Assembly (NCBI RefSeq): GCF_009834535.1
Contig: NC_045711.1
Coordinates: 19,964,001-20,028,000, forward strand
DNA: 64,000 bases
Source of the DNA: Camelus ferus
Taxonomy: Eukaryota
Reading direction: 5' to 3'
The notes beneath the pieces were generated by a model. It was not told the origin of the DNA. It did not search any database and saw only the letters and a program-made list of their open reading frames with translations. Shown here in pieces: positions 51,798 to 64,000 of this stretch; within the stretch, counting starts at the first letter, position 1; every line of letters begins with the position of its first letter. Both the position numbers and the translations under genes were made by a program.

Positions 51798-54700
51798 GTG
51801 AGGAGAGCCCCCGGCGGCCCGGCCCTCCTGCCGCCGCCGCTCCGCGCGGGGTCCCGCCCCTCGGCCGGTCGCGCCCCGGGCGGCGTCCGCACCCGGGCCT
51901 GGCTGCTCGGAGCCCGCCCCGGCCCCCCGCTCCGGGCCGCGCTCCCGCCCGTCCGACGGGGAGGGTGTTTTCCGGGCGGCTGTCGGGCCTTTCCGGCTGG
52001 GTCGGGGTCTTAGCCCTCGTGGCGCCGCGCCCGCGCGCCCGGGACCGCGTCCGCCGAGGTCCTCGCCTTTTCTGTGGGCCTGGATGGAAAGCGTCGCCGG
52101 ACGCACTCTCTCCTTGTGCCGAGTGGAAATTGAACTGTCCAGCACGCCGCTGGGGACAAGGCAGTTTTCGCGTTTCCGAGTCGGGCGGGACGCGGGGCCG
52201 CGCCCCACGTTCACCCGAGAAGGGGACTCGCGTCTCGGCTGCTCGACTTCGCTTTGGAAGCTGCGTGAAAGAGAACCCCAAAGGAGGAGCCGCAGGACCC
52301 GTGTTTGTGGGGGTGGTTTGGGGAGATTTTAGCAGAGCGGGAGCGGGTCGCTTTGGCTCTTGGGGTGCTCACTCCGAGGTTCTGACTGTGGCGTCCCAGG
52401 AGCCGAGGCGAGGCGGCCTTTTCATTCCGGGAGGAGCCCTGAGGTCAGGAAGGGTCCTTGGAGGGGCGGGGCTGGGCTGGGCTGGGGACCGCCAGCGCTT
52501 GGTCCCACTGCGGGGCCTGCGGGGTGCGCCTTGGGGGCCGGATGTTGGACCTCGGGCAGTGTGTGGCCGAAGACTTTGGCGCTTGATTTCCTGAGGAGGG
52601 CCAGTAGGTTTCTCTTCTTTTCTTTCTTTCTTTTTTTAAAACAAGTTTTGGTAAAATTGAGAACTCTTTAAGGAGTAAACAGCGATATAGCAACTCCTTA
52701 AGAAACGTGCTTTCAGTAGACGTGGCTGGTGATAGTAATGGAGGGGAGAGGCAACTCTGAAAAACACACACAGAAGCAAAAAGCTTATTGACTCCGGGGC
52801 CATTAAATGCAAAATCTTTTACATCTGCGTTAGTGCCAAACGAGGGACCTTTGTATTAAGTTTCAGCGTAAAAATTGAGTCACAGGATGATGCTAATTAT
52901 TTTGGAAACCAGTGAAGTTTATAACGTCTTTATAAAGTTCCCATCAAAGATTATTTTAAAAGTACAGCTTTGGCTTTTAAATGGATATATTCCGTTGTCT
53001 GAAAACTCTGTTTTCACTTTCCTAAAGCCACGTTATTTCATTGCAACAAATAACAAGTAAAGCTTATAGTACTGTTGAAAAAAACATGCTTTTATACTTA
53101 AGCTTCTGGTTACTGTTAGGTTAATTTCCTATAATGTAAATTTATGCTCGATTGTTGAGTTTATTACATTTTGTTTTTACTTATACTGATTTTTAATTTT
53201 TACTTAGCATTTTTCACACTCTTGTTGCAACTTCAGGTTAAGAAATCATTTTTAAAAGAACATTTGCTCATAATTTTAAATTGTTCAAACTTTTGACTGG
53301 TTTTCTCCTAACGATAATGTGCATTACAATTTTCAAGATTCCTGCATGTTAATATGAACATTTCTGTCCTCGGGGTGCCTGCTTCTCTTTCTCTTCCCAT
53401 GGGAGCCCCGAGTGTTTGATTACATACACCTTCCCTGTTCACTGGCTTGTCCTGCCTGGACCAAGCCTGGGGCCACAGGCTGACCCGGTGGGCAGGCTCT
53501 TCTGTGGTTCTGGAGTATGGGTGAGGAGTATTTGCATGTGGATTGCACGTGCTCACGTGGAAGGGTGCCCTTCAGTGATTCTGATGCTCTGTTGCCAGGC
53601 GGCTGCCCCAGGGGTGTGCTTGGCATCAGCTGCTGGGTTGGGACTTTTCTGTGGGAAAAACTTGTTCAGAGAGCAGGAACGGGAAGATTAGTGCCAGCTT
53701 CTGTGTGATAACCAAGTAAAGTCAATTGATCAATCCCTCCCATCAAATAGCGAGGATAATCCCCAGCCTCCGTGGAGAGTGGTTTCCAGTCTTCTGTTGT
53801 CTATAGGGCCCTTTCTTGTAGCTTTTGCGTGAAGTACAGTGTTCTTACATAAAGTGCATGTGTCCTGAGCACTCAGCCTGAGGAATTTTCCAACTGAACA
53901 CATCTTCTATGGCACCCAGGTTAGGAACCAAACACCCACCATCCTGTGCCCCTTCCCGCCACCCCTCAATCTAACGTCCAACGACCTAGATTAGTTTTGC
54001 CTGTCTCTGTACTTTATTTCTGTTTCTTGCTTTTTTACTCTGTCATGTTTGTGAGATTTTTTCCATGTTGCTGAGCGTAACTGTAGGTCGCTGTCATTAA
54101 TGTGATGTTTCTTTGTGACTGTGTCACCGTTCGTGTATCCATTCTACCATCGGTGTGCATCGGGTGGTTTCCAGTTTGGGGCTGTTCCGAGCATAGCGGT
54201 GCTTCCACGAGTGCTTGCAGTGTCTTCCCTGAACACAGATCTTTGTCCCTGGGGCAAGTGCGCCTAGGGCAGCACTGACAGCCTGCTGGCACGGACAGCT
54301 CCACTGGCTGCAGCACTTCACCTGCCTCCAGCAGGCCCATGCATCCCCGGGCCTCCGCACCCACCGCGCCCGTGGTATTTTCCGGCCTGTTGGCCGTTCT
54401 GGTGGATGCGCAGTGGGTCTCACTGTGGTGCCTGTGTGGCTGTGTCTGTGTTTTCCTGACTCAGTGTCTTTACTGACCGTTTGGATGCTCTCTTCTGTGA
54501 ACCGTCCAGGTCTTTTTGCTTGTTTTTCTATTGGGCTCCTCTGTCCAGATTACGTGGTTCCAGTAAACAAAGAGGGAGTTACAGCCCAGAGTAAATTAGA
54601 GATAGTGAGTGACACCTCACTCTCCAGTGAGTGTCTGACTGCAGGCGCAAGTAAAGTGCACCTCAGAACCTGAGAGCTGATCGTGCAACAGTCTCCCCTC

Positions 54701-55771
54701 CTGGGGAAGCGGCCTGGTCGTTGTGGTCTAATAAGTAACTTGGACAAAAAATAGAAACATGCTTTTCACATTGGGAGGGTGGCTGATAGGATAGAGTAGT
54801 GTGGTCCCAACGCTGGAACGTGGATCGGGACCAGAGGAGAGACCCTGAGGGCGGCTTTGACAGTCAGACCTGTGGAGCGGTCGCGCTGTGAGGGGCCAGG
54901 CTCTGCAGCCTGTCCTGTGAAGATCGTTGGAGGGTTTGGTTTTTCTCCTTCCAGCTACAAGCCTCATTGAATCAGCACTTGGACATGGTGACATTTACGA
55001 AGATTAACGTGGTCTTGGTCACACTTAGGGAATGAAGTCCAGGTCACAGGACCATCTTGAAGTTTGAGTGTCTCCATCAGTTCCTAATGGTGCCTTCAAC
55101 TGAACCATGAACAGTCTGTTGTGTGAACTGGGATGGTGACTCCTGTGCCAGGTTCAGGGAGTCAGGGTTAGTGACAAGGGGGAGTAAGGTCATAGAGACC
55201 TCAAGCTGCCTTCTGAAAGGCCATCCCGTTGTGGCCCGTTTCCCCTTCCCCACTGGGTGTGCCCACACCTTCTGGGGTTGCGTGCTTTGTGGCTGTCCTC
55301 CAGGAGATGGGGGCGTCCTTGTTTGTCGCTGCGCCTCTAGGACTTGGTACCTGACACAGCCCGGCAGAGATGTGTTGGGAACTGAGAGGCCTGTGTGAGC
55401 ACCAGAGGCAGCACTGGAGGGAGATGCCAGGCGGCAGAGTGGCTGGTGCAGGTGGCTGGAGTTAGGGGTGGGGCAGAGCCTGGTGCCCCACAGGGCCTGG
55501 TGGGGGAGGTGGAGCCAGACTGCGAAGGCTCCTTTTGCTGGTATGCGCACAGCCTCTGACCCCAGTGTAGGGGAGTCGTTTGTGTGGTGGAGGGGCCGCT
55601 TCCTCTGGACCCCCTGCTTGTGCCGCTCAGGCCTGGGGAGCCCGTCGTCCAAGCTGAGAGCCCAGCGAGGTGCTTACCGTGTGTCTCTCACTTTAGGGTG
55701 CTTTGCGTGTGGGATGGAGAATGGATTCCGCGTGTATAACACCGACCCGCTAAAGGAGAAGGAGAAACAAG
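51731..55771 (+). CDS. WDR45B: WD repeat domain phosphoinositide-interacting protein 3 (WIPI3), 5' part (exons 1-2; rest beyond window)
   Basis: join(51731-51797, 55697-55771) gives [47 protein letters not shown] with GT-AG boundaries. Exon 3 (EFLEGGVGHVE..) was not found before 64000. Confidence 0.96.
53880..54560 (-). mobile_element. Old L1M 3' fragment in WDR45B intron 1
   Basis: gagatttttccatgttg..ccagtttggggctgt..atgcttcca motifs. Boundaries approximate. Confidence 0.6.
55697..55771 (+). CDS. WDR45B: WDR45B exon 2 (75 nt)
   Basis: TTTAG acceptor, GTAAG donor. Confidence 0.96.
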
Positions 55772-56408
55772 GTAAGAGAGACTGGAATTTCTGGGCTCCT
55801 CCCCTTTCCTGGTCCTCAGAATCTAAACTGTATCCTGCAGGTGGGGGGGCTGATTGTGAGATGTGAGTGGGGTTCGTGGCCCGCCGTCAACGCAGACAGG
55901 GCTGTCCTGGGGCCGGGGCACAGGGGTGGGTCAGCGGGCCCTCCCGTGAGGCTAGCCCTGCGGGCCCTGCGGAGGGGACATGCCCCCCTCCCGTCCAGTG
56001 TCAGCCTGGGGAGAGCGCTGGGAGGGCTTTAGCCATGCACATAGGACTCTGGCTCTTAAAATGACCCACGTTTAGAAAATACTATTCTTAGCAATACATT
56101 ACAGTTGCTTATGTTGATGTATTTCAGTGTCTTAAATTATGTTTTCATGGATTACAAGTTTTCAATGCTGGAATCAGGAATTCTCTTGGTGAAATAAAAT
56201 AATGGTGGTTATATTCCCATTTGACAGGAAAAACGTGTAATTTATGGGTAGAATCTTTGCAGTTACTTCTACTTCATATTTTTCTCAAGCTTTTAGTGTT
56301 TCCTGGTCCTTATCTGCCAACAGGTGAACAAATCTCATAGTCATAGACAATGAAAAACATCCTTTTTCTTCCTGCAGTTGTGCTTTGGTTTTTATTCAGT
56401 GTGCAGGC

Positions 56409-56490
56409 TGTCTTGTCTTGTCTTGTCTTGTCTTGTCTTTCCTTTTCTTTTCTTTTCTTTTCTTTTCTTTTCTTTTCTTTTCTTTTCCTT
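56409..56490. repeat. Compound microsatellite (GTCTT)n(TTTTC)n
   Basis: Read directly from the sequence. Confidence 0.95.
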
Positions 56491-56814
56491 TTTACCCTTA
56501 ATATGGATTTTATTCTGTTGATGAAGGCTGTATTTTCTGGTGCTGGAACTGTTTCTCCTCTGTAGGAGGAAGTCACTGAATGCTGGGCTCCCCCCTCAGG
56601 CCCCTTCCATTTTGACAACTAATACTCTACGTTGGGGATTTTCAGAATTGGTTTTTGGCAGTGGACCCCCTTTGCCAGGTCCAACCTCCCACACAACCGT
56701 GGTGTGTAAAACAGTGAGTGGTGCTTTATGTCTAGGGGTTTACTTTGTAAGCTGATGTCTGTAACTTTCATTTACCAGAGGAAGACAGAGTAGCCCAGTA
56801 GAGAGGGGCGCAGA

Positions 56815-57000
56815 CTCTGCACCCACATTGTTTAGATCCCAGTCCTGCCCTGTCCCTGTCGGATTGCTGTGTAACCTTGGGTAAGTTCCTTACCTTCTCT
56901 TGGCCTCAGTTTCTTTATGTGTAGAAGTGAGGATGACAAATGTCTACGTCTTAAGGCTGCCCTAAAGATAGGTGAGTTAGGACACGTGAGGCACGCAGGT
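56815..57000. mobile_element. MIR SINE relic
   Basis: tgtgtaaccttgggtaagttccttaccttctcttggcctcagtttctttatgtgtagaa core. Confidence 0.75.
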
Positions 57001-59559
57001 GGGAGCCTGGCAGACACCCCATTGGTGCGTCAGTGTTTCTCTACGAGGGTGGTCCGTGGGCTAGAGTCACCTCCCGTCAGTCTAGCCGGCTTCTACTCTT
57101 TATTTTGTTCTCGTGGCATAGTGAATTAAAACAACTCTGCTTTATACAGAAAAATAGTTACAAAATATTTTGAGAAAGGTTAACTTGCAAATTTCAGGAT
57201 ACTTTTTACTTAAATTGACCCAGAAACCTAGTAGTTACAGACTTAAGTTTCGTGGAATCATTAGTAGCATATTAACAACTGTTTCTTAATTAATGAAATG
57301 TTTTTGATAAACCTTGGACTTCCTAGAAAAATAAGTCACAGTGCTGTGTGTGTTCCCTTTCCCTGCTTAGCTGCACTGCGTCTGGGGCAGGCACTTGCGA
57401 GCTCCTGGTGAATTTGACAGGGACCCGACGGGGCCATGCGGTGCTTACTGGTGGTGCATTTAAGAACCTCCTGTGTGCACTTGCAGGTTAGCTGCTGCTG
57501 CATTTCTGGTTGCTGACTCAACAGAAGAAGATCGGCAGAAGACTTGACCTTGTTCCTTTTTTATCTTTGAGCTTGCTCTCCTGAGCAAGGAATGAACTGT
57601 GCCTGCGTTGTGGGTTCATTCCCAGGTCTGAGCTTGTGGGCTCATCTCTGGGGTGCCTGTGGCTGTGAGAAGGGGCCTTGGTGATGGGTGGTGAGCAGGT
57701 GCCTCATGTGGGTATGCCCACCACAGCATGCGAGCCGGCAGTGCCGGGAGTTGTGTTGGGCATTCTGGGCCTGCTTGGAGGTAGCTTTCTCCTTTGAGGT
57801 GTCCTGTGTCTTGTGCTCAGAGCAGCACGGCCCTGCTCGAGGAAGGCGTGGAGCCCTGGGAGCACAGCTGTGTGTCCGTGCAGGGTGCTGCGGGTCTGGG
57901 TGTAGACTCACACACACCCCCCCCAAGCAGCTACTAGAAGGGAGGGTCGCATCATAATCTGAACACAGATGTGTCAGGGAGATACATCTGGATAAAGTGC
58001 TATATCCAGCGGTTGCAGAAATAAAGGAGTACCTGTAAAAAGTCGGTTCTGCTCTTCGTTCAGAAGCACAACCGTCTGAATCCCGAAGGTGACTGGAGCT
58101 GCTATAGCCACGGCTTGGGGAGCTTGCAGGGCACCAGTAGGGGCAGCGGGGTCCAGAGGCGTCCCCTGGTCTTCAGCAGCACTCACCTTCCCCTCTGTGC
58201 GGCCAGTGCTCACGCTCAGGACGATGGCAGCCACGAGCGGGGGCAGAAGGACCCTGAGGCCCGGGGGGGACGCTGTGACAGGCGGGGCAGCAGGCAAGGC
58301 TCTCCTTCCCGGGCCTCTGGGTTCTGCGTGGGATGCGGTGGTGAGGAAGGTGGGTGCCAGGTGTCTGGAGCCTGTTTCGTGTCCTCCTCGATCTGTCTGC
58401 TGCGCGGCCCATGCGGCCAGGGGCGTCTGGAGAAGCAGACATTGTGGAGCATGCCCACCTGCAGCAACTCGCCCGCGGCCCTCTAAGGACCAGCCCTTGG
58501 GGCCTGGGGCGTGGAGGCTCTGGTGGCAACCTCAGGCCTCCCTTTGGGAGACCCTGCCTCTCCAGCAGCAGGAGGTGGGGGTCAGACACCCTCAGGTGCT
58601 GTGGAAGGTGCTCTCTGGGGTGGTGGCCGCTGTGGGGCTGGGGCTTAGACATGCTCCCTGACTCTCCTGGATGTGGGGTCTCCCTTTGACTGCTTCTGCT
58701 CTTCCCCAGAAAGCCTCATGTGCCCATTTCTCTGCCTCTTCGGTTGATGCTGAGAAAGGTGCTTTATTTTTTTTTCTTTCCAGAGTTAAATCTCAGAGAC
58801 TGAAGGTGTTTACAGTGGTCAGACTGCTTGTTTGTCTTAACTCCTAACTCTCAACATCTTTGTAATCTTGATATTTATGTGTTTTTGAATTGCATCTGAG
58901 TCAGCCAGAAATAGGCACTAAGGTAAAACAAAATAGTTCTGATTTCATAAAATACTGGTTTTTCTCTTAGAAAGAGGCTTAGAGAAAAATTACAGACTGT
59001 ATCATTTAAATTAAAACTTTTAAAAAACTTTAAAATGGAACATATTATGCTTTTAACAGAAAATTTAGGTGATTTCTTCACGTGAGGTACTTCAGCTTAT
59101 GTTCTTCACACCCTGTCTGGTGGGTTCTCTGTCTGGGTCACATTTTGAGGCTGATGCCTGCTGGCCCGTCTTCATCCTCCTGTGAACGCGGTCACATCTC
59201 GCTAAGGGAGTGACTCACTGCTTTTAGAACCCGAGAAGACCTACGACGCTGACAAATCCAGCATTAATAAGTTTGAAGCCTCAGTGCTCACGTAGTGTTG
59301 TTTATAAAAGTATTAAATGTTCTCCTTTGGCTGGATCGTATTTAAAGAATATGTGATTACCTTTTGGTATGATTCACAGGTTTCTCTTAATAGATTTGAT
59401 TCTAGAACTTACTGAACCTGCAATGAGGAAATAGTTATACTCCTACTGGGTCCCACAATTCTTCGTCTTGCAAAACTGAAAGTCTGTCCCCATCAAACAC
59501 TGACCCTTCCTCCCCTAGACCATGGCAACCACCATCCTACTTTCTGTCTCTGTGAATTT

Positions 59560-62263
59560 TTTTTTTAATTGAAGTACCGTCAGTTACAATGTGTTAATTT
59601 CTGGTGTACAGAACAATGTCCCAGTCATGCATATACATACCTATATTCGTTTTCGTATTGTTTTTCATTAAAGGTTATTACAAGATATTGAATGTAGTTC
59701 CCTGCGCTATACTGCAGAAACTTTTTTTTTTTAAATCGATTTTTATATATAGTGGCTAACATTTGTAAATCTCAAACTCCCAAATGTATCCCTTCCCACC
59801 CCCTTTTCCCTGGTAACCATAAGATTGTTTACTATTTTACTATGTCTGTGAGTCTATTTCTGTTTTGTGGATGAGTTCATAGTGTCTGGTTTTTTATTTT
59901 TGGATTCCACATATAAGTGATATATGATATTTTTCTTTCTCTTTCTGGCTTCATTTAGAATGACAATCTTTAGGTCCATACCTGTTGCTGCAAATGGCAT
60001 TGTTTTATCATTTTTATGGCTGAGTAGTATTCCACTGTATAAATATATCACATCTTCTTTATCCAGTCATCTGTCGATGGACATTTAGGTTGTTTCCGTT
60101 CCTTGGCTATTGTAAATAGTGCTGTTATGAACATTGGGGTGCATGTATCTTTTCGAATTAGAGTTCCCTCCAGATATATGCCCAGGAGTGGGATTGATGG
60201 ATCATATGTTAAGTCTGTTTTTAGTTTTTTGAGGGAGCTCCATATTGTTTTACATAACAGCTTCACCAAGCTACATTCCCATCAGCAGTGTAGGAGGGTT
60301 CCCTTTTCTCCACAGCCTCTCCAGCATTTGTGGACTTTTGAATGACAGCCATTCTGGCGATACCTCATTGTAGTTTTGATTTGCATTTCTCTGATAATTA
60401 GTGATATTGAGCATTTTTCCATGTGCCTATTGGCCATTTGCTTGTCTTCATTGGAGAACTGCATTTAGGTCTTCTGCCCATTTTTGGATTGGGTTGTTTG
60501 TTTTTTTCTTATTAAGTTGCATGAGCTGTTTATATATTCTGGAATTAAGCCTTTGTCAGTCACATCATTTGCAAATATTTTCTCCCATTCAATAAGTTGT
60601 CATTTTGTTTTGCTTATGATTTCCTTTGCTGTGCAAAAGCTTATAAATTTAATTAGGTCCCATTTGTTTATTTTTGCTCTTATTTCCTTTGCCTGGGTAG
60701 ACTGTCCTAGGAGAATATTTCTAAGATTTATGTCAGAGAATGTTTTGTCAATGTTTTCTTCTAGGAAGTTTATGGTATCTTGTCTTATATTTAAGTCTTT
60801 AAGCCATTTTGAGTTTATTTTTGTGTATGGTGTAAGGGAGTGTTGTAGCTTCATTGATTTACATGCTGCTGTCCAGTTTTCCTAACACCATTTGCTGAAG
60901 AGACTGTCTTTATTCCATTGTATATTCTTGCCTCCTTTGTCGAAGATTAGTTGACCATAGGTCTGTGGGTTTATTTCTGGGCTCTCTGTTCTGTTCCATT
61001 GATCCATATGTCTGTTTTTATGCCAATACCACACTGTTTTGATTACTGTAGCTCTGTAGTGTTGTCTGAATTCTGAGAGGGTTATTCTTCCAGCTTCATT
61101 CTTTTTCTTCAATATTGCTTTGGCAATTCTGGGTCTTTTGTGATTCCATATAAATTTTAGGATTATTTGTTCTAGTTCTATAAAAAATGTCCTGGGTAAT
61201 TTGTCAGGGATTGTATTGTATCTGTAGATTACCATGAGCAGTATGGCCATTTTAACGATATTGATTCTTCCAATCCAGGAGCATGGGATATCTTTCCATT
61301 TCTGTAAGTCTTCTTTAGTTTCCTTAATCAGTGTTTTGTAGTTCTCCATGTATGTCTTTCACTTCTTTGGTCAGATTTGTTCCTATTTTATTGTTTTGGA
61401 TGCAGTTTTAAAAGGGACTGCTTCTTTACTTTCTTTTCCTGTTCATTCATTGTTAGAGTAAAGAAATAAATTGACTTCTGTATGTTAATCTTGTACCTGC
61501 TGCCTTGCTGGATTCTTTTATCAGCTCTAGTGGTTTTTGTGTGGAGCTCTTAGGGTTTTCTACATATAGTATCATGTCATCTGCATTTAGTGACAGTTTT
61601 ACCTCTTCTCTTCCAATTTGGATCCCTTTTATTTCTTTTTCTTGCCTGATTGTTGTGACTAGGGCTTCCAATACTGTTTTGAATAGAAGTGGTGAGAGTG
61701 GACATCTTGTCTTGTCTTGGGTTTTAGTGGGAAGGTTTTCAGTTTTTCACCATTGAGTACTATGCTGGCTGTAGGTTTGTTGTGAATGGCTTCTGTTATG
61801 TTAAGATGTGCTCCCTCTGTGCTCACTTTGAATTTTATCAAATGCTTTTTCTGCATCTGCTGAGATGATCACGTGGGTTTTGTCCTTTCTCTTGTGGATG
61901 TGGTGTATCACGTCGACTGATCTGTGTGCGTTGCACCACCCTTGTAACCCTGAATGAATGCAGCTTGANNNNNNNNNNNNNNNNNNNNNNNNNNNNNNNN
62001 NNNNNNNNNNNNNNNNNNNNNNNNNNNNNNNNNNNNNNNNNNNNNNNNNNNNNNNNNNNNNNNNNNNNNNNNNNNNNNNNNNNNNNNNNNNNNNNNNNNN
62101 NNNNNNNNNNNNNNNNNNNNNNNNNNNNNNNNNNNNNNNNNNNNNNNNNNNNNNNNNNNNNNNNNNNAGAGTTTGAGAAGGACCAGTATGAGTTCTTTGT
62201 ATGTTTGGTAGAATTCCCCAGTGAATTCACCATCTGATCCTGGACTTTTGTTTGCAGGGAGAT
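59560..62263 (-). mobile_element. 5'-truncated younger LINE-1 (~2.7 kb, contains a gap) nested in an older L1, in WDR45B intron 2
   Basis: ORF2 C-terminal peptides ([49 protein letters not shown]); poly-T at 59557-59566; TSD tgtctct(g/a)tgaattt at 59545-59559 and 62264-62278. Confidence 0.92.
61969..62167. other. Assembly gap (199 N) inside an L1
   Basis: Run of N. Confidence 1.
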
Positions 62264-63230
62264 TGTCTCTATGAATTTGACTCCTCCAGGGACCTCATAT
62301 AAGTGGAGTCACACAGTATTTGTCCTTTTGTGATGGCTTACTGCACTTCATATAATGTCCTTAAGGTTCATCCATGTTGTTCCATGTGCCAGAATTTCCT
62401 TCTTTTTTAAGGCTGAATAATATTCCATCATGTGGATGGACCGTGTTTTGTTTACCCCTCAGTAGATGCTTGGATTGCTTCTACCCCTTTGGCTGTTGGG
62501 AGTAATGCTGCTGTACACATGCATGTGAAAATACTTCTTCACAACCTTTCTTTCAGTTCTTTTGAATATATACCAACAAGTGGGATTGCTGGTTCATGTG
62601 GGAGTTCTTGTTTTATTTTTTAATTTTTCGAGGAACTACCATACTGTCTCCAGTAGCGGCTGCACCAGCAATGCTTAAGGTTCCTATTTCTGCACATCTT
62701 TGCCAACGCTTGTTAGTTTCTGGGGATTTTTGTAGTGACTGTCATAATGGGTGTGGAAGGGTATCTCATTGGTTTTGATTTGCATTTCTGTTATATTATT
62801 GATGTGCATTTTTTCATAAGTGTCGGACACATACTGTCTTTAGAGAAATGTCTACTCAAATCCTTTGCCCGGTTTTTTAATCCAGATACTTGATTTTTCT
62901 GTTTTATTGTTGTTGGGTTGTAAGAGTTCATGTATTTTTGATATTAACCCCTTATCAGGTATAGGATTGCAAACACCTTCTTCCATTCTGTAGGTTGCCT
63001 TTGCACGTTAAGTCCTTAAATGCACCAGAGAGTTTAAGTCTCATGTAGTCCCCTTTGTTTTTCCTTTTGTTGCCTGTGCTTTTGACATCATGTCCAGGAA
63101 ATCACTGCCAAGTCCCGTGTCATGAAGCTTTTCACCTTTGTTTTCTTCCAGGAGTTTTATAGTTTTGGGTCTTGCATGTAGGCCTTTAACCCATTTTGAG
63201 TTCATGTTTGTGCGGGGTAGGCCCCCTCTT
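62264..63230 (-). mobile_element. Older L1M host element (continues at 59430-59559)
   Basis: gacctcatataagtggagtcacacagtatttgtcc.. L1 3' motifs; RT C-terminal peptide NSKWVKGLHARPKTIKLLEENKGEKLHDTG. Confidence 0.8.
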
Positions 63231-64000
63231 GTGTGTGGGTGGAGAGCAGTCTTCCTGGCAGAGCTGCGACCTCTCCAGTCGTGAGCGTCCTCGAGGGAAA
63301 ACCCGAGGCTCAGGGTTGACAGTGCTCGTCTCCCAGGCCTGGTGAGGGCCTTCAGGGGACAGGTGGCACCTCTGTAGGTGGAGGCGTGTCCTGCGCCTTG
63401 GGGTCCGGGACCCTGGGCCGGCGAGGGTCTGCAGCCACACAGGGAGCTGCGAGGGGTTAAGGACTGGATCATTGAGGTTGTGGGGCTTAGACGGGGGCTC
63501 GTCCTGTTACAGCGGAGTTCCTGGGGTGGCCAGTGCGTCAGGATGTCAGGTCGTTTCTGTGGATGACGCTCAGTGCAGCGTCTCCTCCAGTTTCCACCAG
63601 GCCTTGGAGCGTACATTTCTCCTGGAGCGGGCGGGGGACTCTGGGACCATCTTGCGCAGCCCTGATGAATGGGCAGAGGTCGAGCTTAGGCTAATCTGAT
63701 TCTCGGAGGTTTTGGTTCCTCTCTTGCGCTTTGTTGTGCCCTCCCTACCCCAGAGCTCGCGGTCGTGACAGGTGGCTGGGGGCTCAGGGACGAGGGTGCT
63801 GGTCCTCTCCTGTCCTGTGCACCGCCAAGGCCCCGTGGACGTTTGAGGGCACGTGGGGTGTCCAGTGGGGAAGGTGTTTGCAGTGATAGAGGAACCTCAG
63901 CTTTTACATCAGAGCTTTGGCAGCCTTTCTGAGAGCTCACCAATTTGGGGCACCTTAAGATGTGGTTTAGCTGTTTCATACATTCTGCTGCGTTGCTGCT

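Larger units (their letters stand above)
51300..52560. promoter_or_regulatory. CpG island / promoter of WDR45B
   Basis: CpG-dense; (GCCCC)9 at 51426-51470; ETS-like CTTCCGG near 51629. Confidence 0.85.

Noticed and set aside
57988-58009. Hairpin ctggata-aagtgcta-tatccag containing a miR-17-family seed (AAAGTGC)
   Set aside because: The stem is only 7 bp and the seed falls largely in the loop, which is not a pre-miRNA architecture.
63230-63700. GC-rich stretch with ORFs 63041-63616 and 63472-63699, considered as a possible retrocopy
   Set aside because: No frame gave a recognisable protein; probably decayed repeat or unique intronic DNA.

Overview
Mammalian, GC-rich genomic DNA. Three tRNA-derived SINEs resembling the camelid vic-1 family point to alpaca, llama or camel. 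The window is syntenic with human 17q25.3, in reversed orientation. It contains: TBCD exons 1-7 (minus strand, 5' part); complete FN3K (minus, 6 exons, 309 aa); complete FN3KRP (minus, 6 exons, 309 aa); and WDR45B exons 1-2 (plus). There are four promoter CpG islands, many L1/LTR/MIR/DNA-transposon relics and two assembly gaps (47123-47283, 61969-62167). The main finding lies between FN3KRP and WDR45B, where human has RAB40B. Only a decayed copy of the RAB40B last exon (SOCS box, 48587-48866) is visible, with two 1-bp frameshifts and no C-terminal CAAX. Exons 1-5 and a promoter island are not seen, which suggests a unitary RAB40B pseudogene or gene loss in this lineage. TBCD exon 1 carries an apparent 1-bp frameshift (probably an assembly error) and an expanded 12-bp acidic repeat. 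The FN3KRP promoter is built from a degenerate ~50-bp CCAAT/GC-box tandem repeat. Comparisons to human proteins and repeat families are from memory, not from a database search.
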